Program-made: the position numbers and the translations under genes | Shown here: positions 11,522 to 22,790 of the stretch, one piece after another | Layout of the letters: the number at the start of each line of letters is the position of its first letter | Position numbering within the stretch: position 1 is the first letter of the stretch | The notes under the pieces: model-generated | The model's input: the letters and a program-made list of their open reading frames with translations, nothing else | What the model was told of the DNA's origin: nothing | Databases searched by the model: none | Origin: Ginkgo biloba | Lineage: Eukaryota > Plantae > Ginkgophyta | NCBI GenBank assembly: GCA_024626585.2 | Contig: JANKJI020000001.1 | Location: forward strand, 15,618,444 to 15,652,645 | Reading direction: 5' to 3' | Length of the DNA: 34,202 bases

Positions 11522-13880
11522 ATGGCATCAGCAATGCCCTAGATAATAAGTTACCCCCTAAACCTAGGAGGCCATCTGGATGATGTTGCTAAAAAATATT
11601 GGGATTCTTATCCTAAATTTAGAGGTGATAATTCTTCATCAAGAGAAAAACATTTGGACAACTTTTCAGCCATGTGTGGGACTTCTAATATCATAAAGGA
11701 AAAAATGGCCTTGCAATTATTCATCCATTCTTTTGAAGAAAAATCACTACAATGGTATTAGTCCCTCCCTAATGGATCCATTACCAGTTGGGACATGCTC
11801 ATATAGAGTTTTAGACCAAAATTTCTTTAAGAAAAGTCAACTTTTATGATGATCAAAGAGTTGTCTACTATCAATAAAGGAAACAAGGAGAGTGTGAAGG
11901 AATATGTATCTAGGTATGATAGATTCCTTAATTAAATTCCAAATAATGCTTGACCAACAACGAAAGTGCAAAAAGAATGGTTCTTAAAAGGAATGGATCC
12001 CAATACGAGGTATGTAGTTGAAGATAAGTTACCTATTAATTAATAATCACAAAGATGATTGTCATCGCCATTGAAGAAAGACTAATAAAGGTTGTGAATG
12101 TGAGACCCTCACTTTTACCACACATAAATAAGGGAAAGAAGTTACTAGTCCATAAACTTAAGTGCTCCTTAGAAGGATGGAAAATAAAATCATAGTTCTT
12201 AAGAAGAAAGTTTGGGAGTAGGGTAATAATAAAATCACCATGTTGTAGAGTCCAAATCCAGAAGCCTCCTCCTCTAAGTATGAAAGAGCCTATGAAGATT
12301 ATGATAACTAGGCCCTTGATGAGTAGAACATTATGTTCAAAGACTCTATTAGTAAGGACTTAGAGTTTACTAATCTCATCGTTGATTTTAACATGTTGAG
12401 TTATGATGAGATGAGGCTGATCCATACCAAGAAGACTTGCTTATCTATACTAGGTCCTAGGTAGTTAAAGATAAAAATAAAGCTTCTCAAGACCAAAGAC
12501 CCTCTCACTAGTAGCTTCCTAACAATCAGGATCATCAAAATTTGGTTGATCCTCCAAGAGAAAACCCATCTTTTATATTTCCCTTGAGAGGAGATTCTTC
12601 TTTTAATAGAGCTTCCTTGCTTGTAGACTATGACATATTTAGAGACCTGAAGAAGTACCCTACTAGCACAAGTCTATATCAAGATATGAGATTTTAAAAA
12701 TAGAAGGAAAGGATGATGGAGGCACTTCAGGATAAGGAAAAATAGTTGAATGTGATGGTGGGTGAAGAGGACCTTAAAGTTGTAGTTTTGAGCTTAAAGA
12801 ATCAAAGTCCCACCTTTTACATGTCTTTGAAGATGAATAATTTCATCCTCCAAAATTGCATTGTATATACAGTAGACGCTCACAACATAATTCCATATGT
12901 AGTCATGAAGGCATTAGGGCTATAGTTAATTCTTACTAAATAAGTGATAAGTGGAATGGATTCTAAGATAGTAGCTATAGCTGTAAATTCTTTAGTTAGG
13001 AAAATAAAGAATTTGGTTGTTAATGTAGCTGTAAATTCTTGGATAGCAACAATCATCTCCTTGGTGATAGTTGACATGCCTCTCATATATGGAATTATCC
13101 TTAAACATGAATGGATTAATTCCACATGAGAACTTATCAATTCAAGAATGGAAACCATCACCTTTCCCCATAATAAATACCTTATCACTCTTTTGAGGGA
13201 AGGCAAGTACAAGGACCTGGTCCACACCAGAGATGATAAGGAGGCCCATACTAAATATATACCTAATGGCATAGGTACATATACAATATTTAGTGAGCAT
13301 GATCATAGTTTGTCAACCAGTGAGGAAGAGCAATACCATGTGAAATCCCAAATGAAAAATCAAATATGGACCATGCACTTTAATAGTGCTAAGTCGAGGT
13401 ATGGAGTTGGTGTTGGAACTTCCCTTAATGCACCTAATGCCTCAGTCTATATGTTTTCATATAGATTAAATTTTGAATGCACAAATAACACCTTTTAGTA
13501 TGAATCTATAGTACTTGGATTCTTAAAAGCAATTAAAATGAAAGAAGAATCGAGCTAGTTATTAACTAGGTGAGGGACCTATGCACAATAAAGAATTCAA
13601 GATTGAGAAACTATAGGAGAAGAGTCTGGCATCTCTTGGAGAGTTTCTAGGATTTTTCAATAAATTATATCCCTAGAGAGGATAATCAAATTTCATACAT
13701 GATACTTCTAGCGACTTCCCTAGTAGAACTTGGAACACTTAGTCCACTTGAACATTTCCCAATTGAAATTATTACTAAAGCCTCAATTCCTGACAATGTT
13801 GAACACTAGAAGGTGTTTGAGGAGGATGACCATATTTTAAGGTTTTTGTATGGAAAAGAAGAATTCTTTGAAATACATCC
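11522..13880 (+). mobile_element. Ty3/gypsy Tat-clade remnant: gag - protease - archaeal-type RNase H (aRH)
   Basis: Gag from ATG 11522 (YPKFRGDNSSSREKHLDNF..LFIHSFEEKSLQWY*SLPNGSITSWD). Protease at about 12810-13130 (PPFYMSLKMNNFILQNC..NIIPYVVMKALGL..VIVDMPLIYGIIL). aRH from about 13367 (WTMHFNSAKSRYGVGVG..YRLNFECTNNTF*YE..SELVIN*V..IPREDNQ..SIPDNVEH*KVFEED). Confidence 0.9.
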
Positions 13881-14683
13881 AGAAGCATGCTCATCCTCAA
13901 ATACTGTTGGCAAAGTAGAGGAAGGTCCATGTTTGGAAGATTTGATCTTTGAATAAATCCATGATTCTGGGTCTCTCAACCTAGTGGAATCTGTCATGGA
14001 GAATATTGTAAACACCTAAAACACACCACCTTAATTACATTATCACTCAATTACCTCACAAATTCTATTTAATCCCANNNNNNNNNNNNNNNNNNNNNNN
14101 NNNNNNNNNNNNNNNNNNNNNNNNNNNNNNNNNNNNNNNNNNNNNNNNNNNNNNNNNNNNNNNNNNNNNNNNNNNNNACCTGTAGATTGGCAACATGAAC
14201 ATATAACTCATGAACTCTTTAGAGTGTTGTTTAGTTGTTCTGATGTTGACGTATCGGCTAGTAGTTGACTCTTGTTTGGCACCAATAGTTGCTTGTAATG
14301 CTTGCCATCCACTAGAGGAGTCTACTCTATTTTTAAATGGATTTTGAAATTAGAACAGGTTAGCCAATGTTTGCCATAGGACAGAACTTGGAAATAGCTT
14401 CTCTGGGTTAATGCAAGTTTGCAAAACTTTGTTGCTTGCTTACATGAGTTCTGTTGTCTTCTTGAACTTGAAACATATGATGTTAAACCAAGGCATATTG
14501 GTAATATGCATTGGAAAATACATAGCACTAAAGGGTGGGTAATGTTGTCTGTATAGCAGGTGGCCGAAAACCACATTCTATGTAATCATGGTACTTTGAG
14601 ATTCTCATCATCTTGCTCAAATATTGGACAAGGGCTAGGAGGTCTTTTGTTCACTAATACTTTTGTGAGAGGAAAAGGGTCCT

Positions 14684-14875
14684 ATGCGGATTTTTGAAGG
14701 GAGCACTCACTTCCCTTTGAAGGGATGGCAGAAGGCAGCGGTGGCTGTTGGATCGGCTTTTGGGGCCTTGATGAATCCAGGAAGAGCAGATCTTATTGCT
14801 GCTCTTGGAGAGACAACTGGTGAATTGGCCTTTCAAAATCTTCTTGATCGAATGAAAAGAAGTCCAGAGGGAAGA
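14684..14875 (+). CDS. COQ4: Ubiquinone biosynthesis protein COQ4, coding exon 1
   Basis: Translates [64 protein letters not shown] (64 aa), matching plant COQ4 (WQQAAVAxGSA..[15 protein letters not shown]). An in-frame TGA at 14666 supports the ATG; donor AGA|GTAAG. Confidence 0.95.
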
Positions 14876-14918
14876 GTAAGAATGCTTAATTGCTCCTGCA
14901 ATGTCTTGTTTAAGAGTT

Positions 14919-15140
14919 AGTTCTTGTATTACTTATGGTCTTTAATGGCACAAAGAAGATACTATCCTGATCTAAATTTTTGTTTCTATCACTAAACATA
15001 TGGATTGTGAGGACTGGTTAAATATTATTTAGTTGCTTGATTATGAACTTTAACTGCATAAAGAAGATACCATCCTGACCTAAATTTGTGGTTCTATTGC
15101 CAAACATATGGGTTGTGAGGACTGATGAAATATTATATTT
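14919..15140 (+). repeat. Tandem duplication of about 108 bp at the start of the COQ4 intron
   Basis: AAAGAAGATACTATCCTGATCTAAATTTTTGTTTCTATCACTAAACATATGGATTGTGAGGACTG (from 14952) vs AAAGAAGATACCATCCTGACCTAAATTTGTGGTTCTATTGCCAAACATATGGGTTGTGAGGACTG (from 15060). Confidence 0.9.
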
Positions 15141-15521
15141 CTTAAGACCAGGGACTTTTTTTACTTGGTAAGATGCTGCTTTTTATTGATTGAAAATGAA
15201 CCCTCTCTAGAATACAAAACAAGGAGATTTGGTCATGCAATGACCATAACTTGGAGGATTCAACCTGGCACAAGTACAATGCCTTAACAACCAAGTCATG
15301 CTGTTGCCACTACAATATGATTGAAAATACCACCTGAAAAAGGCCCAACCATTCAGGGTCAACTAGGCATCAAAACATTATCTAAGAATATCCAAGGCAT
15401 CTCAAAGGGTCCTGGATTCCGTTTTCGTATGACAAACTAATAAACAGACCTTAGAAAAACTATACCAAAACTTTAATCTTAAGAAAAATTGCTAAGCTTC
15501 TATGGCCACCTGTAAACAACA

Positions 15522-16038
15522 TGATCCATATCCATGGATGCTTGTATACAACCCATCTATCGTTGATCTCGTTGTTGCATCATTACCATGAGGACCAACA
15601 AGCTTTTGGAAATTTGTCGATGTTTAACACGAACTGCCACTAGATAAAAATGCATAGGAAAAACAGAAAACAATCTTATATTCAATCTTTGGTATATTAC
15701 ATAGAACTATAATAACTAAAAATGGTGAATGTTTAGGGCATAACACTTTCCCAAACTAGGCTCTGTGAGGGTGAAACTTCTCACAATACTCATGCCCAAT
15801 TTAACAACGATTTATGAGAGATGTAATCCAAGCATCCACAGCCAAAGATGCGTGTGTTTTGCAAAATGGGTGTATTTATAGGTTGTTGGACAGGTCTAGG
15901 TTAGTTTAGACAGTTTCTAGGCAATTTCTAACAGTTGGACAATTCCCAAATGCCAGACATTTTTTAGAGAGATAAACAGTTCGAAATTGTCAAAGGCTGT
16001 CTAGGTTAAATGCATATAAATATCTAGATCTGTCGTCC
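15522..16038 (-). repeat. 3' LTR of the intronic gypsy element (left boundary approximate)
   Basis: Direct repeat of 22220-22790, roughly 75-80% identical by eye, lacking a block of about 100 bp that is present in the other copy. TATA-like CCTATAAATA on the - strand near 15873-15882. Confidence 0.85.
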
Positions 16039-16829
16039 CTCCATAAGCAGGGAATGGTCTCCATTGGCTTTAATGCTAGAAACTTTGCCTTCATCTGTTC
16101 TTCAATGTAACTCTTGGCCAGGTTTGGCAATTGTCTTCTAGCTGTAACTTGGTACATTGGTAGTTCTTGGACACTGCATGTGCACCATGCATTCTTGAAC
16201 CATATCTTTTGGTTCTATCGATGTCGAGCTTTGTTCTAACAATTAAGGATAGTATGGCTTGAGAAGCTCGATGTTGAACATTGGATGAAGCCCAAGATAA
16301 CTCAAAAGCATTTTCTCCAACTGTTTTCGTTATATTTGGACCTTTGAATTGCACCTTGTTGAGGTGGAGCTAAACCTCATAACCTATTTGAAGGTGATGT
16401 TGCATTTGATACCCATTTGGCCATAATGTGACATTTATTTGGTTCATGCTACTCTTCTTTACTCGATCATCTTTATGCTTTATTTTCTGCTATATTCCGT
16501 ATCTGTCTTAAGATCTGTCCTTGAGCATTTAAGAGGAAATTTCAGATTTATTATAAGGAACATCATGGCTGAATTTTGAGGTAGTTAAAGGCATAAATGA
16601 ATGTATGTGTCTTTGACCATGTTAAGTGTGATGTATCCAAGTTATTTTCCAAGAATTTAAGTTGATTTCAAAATGCAGGAGGCAAGGAGAGAAAAAACAA
16701 GATGACCACTTGTTTGGTTATTGTAGTGTGTCTATATGCTTTTAGCCCAACCCTAGTAGCCCAATTTGAATTGAAGTCGGATGGTGCTAGAGAAATCTAG
16801 CAATCAGTACCCATGCATATTGAAGTTGG

Positions 16830-17750
16830 GTAGTGCTGCTAGTGATACCATTCTGTGTTGAACCTGGTTATGCTATTGAGGGATGGTATATTATTCATAT
16901 GGATCGGTGGAATGGCTTGCATGACAAAGGAGTCTTTCTTCATTCTCGCATATGTTTGTGTTGTTGGATGCATGGAGTGTGCATTAAAGGCACAATGTTT
17001 ACAAGGAAGCAGTGCATTCAAGGAGCAAAAACCGTGGGCATTTTTATGGTAAAAATGCATATGATTCCTAGGGAAGATGATCTCAACATGGCATAGAGTG
17101 AGTAGAAAGGATCAGCCCCTTTTTATGGCCATCAAGCCAAGTTGGTATTTACTTCCCGAAATTTTGTTGTCACCAGTAGTTGGAAAAATAATCTCAGAAG
17201 AAGAAAAAATGGAGATTTCTGATGCTAATGAGGGAGCTACTGATGTCGGATTCATGATTATATGTACAAGGAATTTACATTATGGATCTGTTTGTACAAG
17301 AGTAGAGGTAAAAGGTCTGGATGCCATAGTTCTGGTAGATAATGGTTGTACTCATAAATTTGTACATGCTAACATTGTAGAGAAGATATAGTTAGATGCA
17401 AGTCCGTAAGACTGTGAATATAAGATGGAACTAACAAATAGCAAAGGTGAGTTTGTACCAAAAATGCCTATTTCAATTTGGTCTTATCATGATAATGTGG
17501 ATTTTCATCCTAAGGAGATCGGAACTTGTGATTTCATTTCAGGGCAGAAATGGTTTATGGAGTTTAGATCTGCATATTTTGTCACACAATCATGTGTTGG
17601 ATTTCATTCACACAGCGGAAAGGTTGCAATCATATGGTGATAATGATTTCCAAAGTGCTCTTGTTCTTTTTCTTGTGCAATTAAAGAGAGTAGACAGGAA
17701 ATGGTTACGACGTCTTTACCTCACAAGTGGAATGAATGGTGTATGACCCA
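16830..17750 (+). mobile_element. Nested opposite-strand gypsy gag-end/protease fragment
   Basis: VEVKGLDAIVLVDNGCTHKFVHANIVEK..ISIWSYHDNVDFHPKEIGTCDFISGQKWF resembles the chromovirus protease (VLIDSGATHNFI..DVVLGVQWL). It lies between the RNase H and integrase parts of the - strand element; boundaries are approximate. Confidence 0.75.
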
Positions 17751-20700
17751 ATTGAGATTTGCTTTGTAGAATCAATTGTGGATAGAGAATTTGCATCCAT
17801 TGAGAGCTTTCTATGTTAGAATCCATAAATGCAAAATCCAAAGAGAAAGTGAGACATATACTTTCTATGAGACAAAGCAAGGGATACATGTCATCTTTCT
17901 TATTAAAGAAAGGAGAGTTGTGATATAGTCAACATTTATCATATTATTTAATTAATTCATTCTCTTTCTAGTTTTGGTGCATTGAGTTAATTGTGATTAA
18001 AGTTCCTTTGATATAATAGGTATGGAATTTCTTGAATTTTGTGGATTGCATATGCATGCAAAGTATTTCAAAATCTCATAAAAACATATTTAAAACTATT
18101 TTGTCAAAGACTTTCTCTTGTGTATCACACACATATTTGTAACAACTCATTCTTTAGCAAGCTTTCCCTAATACACGAGCTTATAAAGTTTTGAACTTCA
18201 AAGTTTTATTGTTATTTTCATTAGGAAATGTTACCTCCTATATAATGAGCTAAGATTTGGGCATCATCCAAGCTTGATTCCAAATTTAAGCTTACTACCA
18301 TTCTATCAAACATTATCCATGCTTTATTACTTCTCTTTTTTTTCAAGACTCTTACAGTAATGACGGCTACTAGCAAATTTCTTGGCTTAGGTTTTAAGAA
18401 AAAATAAATNNNNNNNNNNNNNNNNNNNNNNNNNNNNNNNNNNNNNNNNNNNNNNNNNNNNNNNNNNNNNNNNNNNNNNNNNNNNNNNNNNNNNNNNNNN
18501 NNNNNNNNNAGATGCATCTGTGCAAATCTTGAATGCTAGGACTAGTGCATTGCATAAGTGATCCTTCAATAGGTCACAACTCCTTCACTGCTTCTTGATC
18601 CAAGAGCATGGATTCTTGTTGCCTCACAATAGTTGATTAAGGTCCCATGCTGGGTGTGAAGATCCAAGTATAAAATGTTAAAAATTGGCAAGCCCCAAGA
18701 ATTCCTGAGCTCGAACGCATTCTTGGGGACTAGCCAATCTTTAATCACCTGGATCTTAATTGGNNNNNNNNNNTAACAAATCCTAGATATGAAATAGTGT
18801 TCATGGCAAACAAACACTTCTTTATGTTTGCTTGAAGCTTTTCTTTTCTGAGTGTTTGAAAAACTTGTTCTCAATGATGGAGGTGATCATTCCATGTTTT
18901 ACTAAAAATTATTATATCATCAAAACATACTACCACAAACTTACCAATGTAAGGGCGAAGAACATCATCCATGAGCCTCATGAATGTCGTTGGAGCACTA
19001 GTAAGTTCAAATGGAAACATCAACCATTTGAACAACCCTAACTTTGTTTTGAATGTTGTCTTCCGGGTATCTTCTTTTCGAACTCATACTCGATGATATC
19101 CAAACTTGAGGTTGATCTTGGAAAAATCCTTACTCCTCATAATTGATCCAACAAATCATCAATCCTCAGAGTGGGTATTGATTGTGAATAGTAATCTTGT
19201 TCAAGGCTTGATAATAGATGCACATTCACCACAAACCATCTTTTTTCGACACCAACACTGCAAGGATGCCACATGGAGAGGAACTAAGAACTATGTGTCC
19301 CTTTTCCAATTGTTGCATTTTTGTATTCAATTCCATTTTGTAGTGGAGATCCCGGAGTGAGATCAATCTCATGCTCAATGTGTAATGGTGGTGGTAACTC
19401 TCTGGGTTCCTAGAAAAGATTTGCACAATCGTTTAAGATGTTGTTGATTTAGTGTTGTTTAGTAAGCTCAAACATAACTAAAACTTGTGTGTTCAGAATT
19501 TACTTAGTAGGTTGTGGTTGCCTGATCATTAACAATACAAAAATGCCAGATGTCTTAATCAATTTGCTTGCTTGTGAAGTAGATGTCATAGTGTTATGAA
19601 CATATGTGGTGTGCTGTGGTTACTTCATCTACAATAAACATGGTCTTGCCTTACTTGAGTCTAATTTGCTTTGGTCTTGTTGAGTACTGTGCATACCAGG
19701 TTCACATATATGAGCTACCACATATGACATTACAAACCTCAAGGAATAAAACAACATAGACAATCTTGTCCTTCATTAGTGATATGGTAAAAGTAAGAGT
19801 ACATTGTGTAGTCATTGGTGGGTCTCGTCTCCCATCCATCCACTTTATTTTGTATGGCTTGGGATGGGCATTAACAAGCAAGGATAACTTTCGTACAATA
19901 GATTCTGACACTTTTTTTCTAACCACCAATGNNNNNNNNNNNNNNNNNNNNNNNNNNNNNNNNNNNNNNNNNNNNNNNNNNNNNNNNNNNNNNNNNNNNN
20001 NNNNNNNNNNNATCTACTTTTTTTTTTGCCCTAATTTTGAAATTTTTTATTGATATACAAAAATCCGCAAGCATGGTTATAGAGTTTACAAAGACTGGAG
20101 TATTATAAAACTGCTAATATGGTTGTAGAGATATGAACCCAATACAAAATGTGTAAGTTGTTGTACTCAATCACATACATACATCTCATCTTAGATCTAT
20201 TTACAGACACTACTTAAACTNNNNNNNNNNNNNNNNNNNNNNNNNNNNNNNNNNNNNNNNNNNNNNTTACAGTGCTATACGTTTAAAGCTATTAAATTAA
20301 AATTGCTAAGGTATGTCTTGACTTGCTCTTAATGGGTGCATTCTTGTTGTCGTCCTTTGACTTATTGGCCATGCGTGCTGCTGGGGTCACTGTTGGGGGC
20401 ATCTGACCCTTTTGTTGAATCCTTTGATAGTATGACATCGATTAATTTTTCCAACCAACCATTGCCCTCAAGCTCTTCTCATCCTCAGTGCTCATCTAGT
20501 CTTCATGTGAGAAGCTTATCCATGAATCGGAGGAGACCTCCATGATCTCTACTTCGCCCATAATAAGTGAGTTCCCTTGCACTAGAATCATCACTCAGAA
20601 TAACAATTTCCTCAATATTTGCCGTCCTTACTCCAATTAACTAAGTTCTTAGTTCTTACACTGCTGTGTGCCTTCCTGCTGTATTACTTCTCCTATATAG

Positions 20701-20762
20701 CTGTGCATGTAATTGTGGAGGTGACCCTTGTTCCTTTCATAATTACCAATCAATTCAAGCTT

Positions 20763-20896
20763 TTGCTCCTCTTGATGTGAAATGATTATCACTCTTCCAT
20801 CTTTTATAATGTGAATTGATAATTGCTCCTCTATCTTTTTTGATGTGAACTATTATTGCCCTCTTGGTGTGAACTGATTATCGTTCCTCTATCTAC
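20763..20896. repeat. Degenerate minisatellite, about 4.5 copies of a 22-33 bp unit
   Basis: Recurring TTGCTCCTCT..TGATGTGAA(C/A/T)TGATTA units of variable length. Confidence 0.7.
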
Positions 20897-20999
20897 TTGA
20901 AGATTTAATACAACAGTGTCATAAGCATTTGTTAAAAAAACATGCACTTATTCTTCCTTGGATTCTTTGGTCTTCTCATTAGTATGTCCTTGAATACTC

Positions 21000-21367
21000 T
21001 AGGACAACAAGGAATGTTTCCTTACTCTACATATGCCATTGGAAAGTCACACCACTTTATATTCTTCAAATTGGAAGTCTTCGATTGCTAGGAAGATTTG
21101 TGAAATAAATTGGACAGAATCCCACAAGAATGAATACCACATTCAAAGAAGAATTTGCACCAAGACTCCAAAAAGATTTTATTATGGTAAGTGGCAAAAT
21201 ATTACAAAAGGTTTATGATCATGAAGACATTCATGATCATCACTCAACAACATCGAATCATTGCTCCTCAAGCTCTCACCTACAAAAACAATAGGCCAAT
21301 CATAAGAAGTATTTATACTTGCATAAATTCAACAACCTCTACAACCACCTAACCACCTAGACATTAA
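21000..21367 (-). mobile_element. Possible unrelated LTR fragment nested in the intronic element
   Basis: TATA-like GTATAAATAC (- strand, about 21309-21318), LTR-like composition and an 11-bp hairpin at 21215-21240. It shows no similarity to the flanking LTR pair. Confidence 0.35.
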
Positions 21368-22212
21368 NNNNNNNNNNNNNNNNNNNNNNNNNNNNNNNNN
21401 NNNNNNNNNNNNNNNNNNNNNNNNNNNNNNNNNNNNNNNNNNNNNNNNNNNNNNNNNNNNNNNNNNNNNNNNNNNNNNNNNNNNNNNNNNNNNNNNNNNN
21501 NNNNNNNNNNNNNNNNNNNNNNNNNNNNNNNNNNNNNNNNNNNNNNNNNNNNNNNNNNNNNNNNNNNNNNNNNNNNNNNNNNNNNNNNNNNNNNNNNNNN
21601 NNNNNNNNNNNNNNNNNNNNNNNNNNNNNNNNNNNNNNNNNNNNNNNNNNNNNNNNNNNNNNNNNNNNNNNNNNNNNNNNNNNNNNNNNNNNNNNNNNNN
21701 NNNNNNNNNNNNNNNNNNNNNNNNNNNNNNNNNNNNNNNNNNNNNNNNNNNNNNNNNNNNNNNNNNNNNNNNNNNNNNNNNNNNNNNNNNNNNNNNNNNN
21801 NNNNNNNNNNNNNNNNNNNNNNNNNNNNNNNNNNNNNNNNNNNNNNNNNNNNNNNNNNNNNNNNNNNNNNNNNNNNNNNNNNNNNNNNNNNNNNNNNNNN
21901 NNNNNNNNNNNNNNNNNNNNNNNNNNNNNNNNNNNNNNNNNNNNNNNNNNNNNNNNNNNNNNNNNNNNNNNNNNNNNNNNNNNNNNNNNNNNNNNNNNNN
22001 NNNNNNNNNNNNNNNNNNNNNNNNNNNNNNNNNNNNNNNNNNNNNNNNNNNNNNNNNNNNNNNNNNNNNNNNNNNNNNNNNNNNNNNNNNNNNNNNNNNN
22101 NNNNNNNNNNNNNNNNNNNNNNNNNNNNNNNNNNNNNNNNNNNNNNNNNNNNNNNNNNNNNNNNNNNNNNNNNNNNNNNNNNNNNNNNNNNNNNNNNNNN
22201 NNNNNNNNNNNN

Positions 22213-22790
22213 ATATAAATGATCTCGTAGTTGGATCACTACCATGAGAGGACCAACAAGCTTTTGGGAGCTTGCTGAAAAAATGTTTTATCAGCAACGT
22301 GTTGTAATGGGTTCGTATAGACCTTTTGTCAAATAGGTAGCATGCATACTCATATTAAGCCATTTATCAAACATTAACATTACCTCCCACAAGATAGAAA
22401 TGTATAGGAAAAACAGAAAACAATTGTAGTCAGTCTTTGGCTATATTACGCAGAACTGTACTTACATAAAAGTGATGAATGTTTGGAATATAGCACTTCC
22501 CCAAGCCGGGCTTTGTGAGGTTGAAACTTCTCATAGTAGTCATGCTTGATCTACCGACAATTTATCGGAGATGTAATCCATGCATCCACAACTGATGATG
22601 CCTATGTTTTGCAACAATGGTGTACTTATTGGTTGCTGGACAGGTCTGGGTTAGTTCTGGACAGTTATTGGGCAGTTTCTAGATGGTTGGACAGTTTCCA
22701 AATGTGAGACACTTTTTAGACAGTTGAACAGTTCCAAACCATCAAAAACTGTCCAGATTAGATGCATATAACTCTCCGGATCAGTCGTCA
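22213..22790 (-). repeat. 5' LTR of the intronic gypsy element (inner end and PBS lost in the gap)
   Basis: Begins TGACGACTGATCC on the - strand at 22790 and aligns with 15564-16037. Confidence 0.85.

Larger units (their letters stand above)
15522..22790 (-). mobile_element. Old Ty3/gypsy LTR retrotransposon (chromovirus/CRM-like pol) inside the COQ4 intron
   Basis: Two LTR copies. Protease SESIVRKLSLLVNAHPKPYKIKW (about 19700-19920). RT LEKGHIVLSSSPCG..KKDGLW..RIDDLLDQL..KTTFKTKLGLFKWL..SAPTTFMRLMDDVLRPYIGKFVVVCFDD (DD at about 18916-18921). RNase H start TDAS (about 18510). Integrase tail GP..VGENAFELS (about 16300). A purine-rich PPT-like stretch abuts the left LTR at about 16038-16046. 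Confidence 0.9.

Noticed and set aside
15506-15521. 5-bp TSD for the intronic LTR element
   Set aside because: The candidate left flanks (CAACA, CCACC) do not match the right flank CCCAA, so the left boundary remains approximate.
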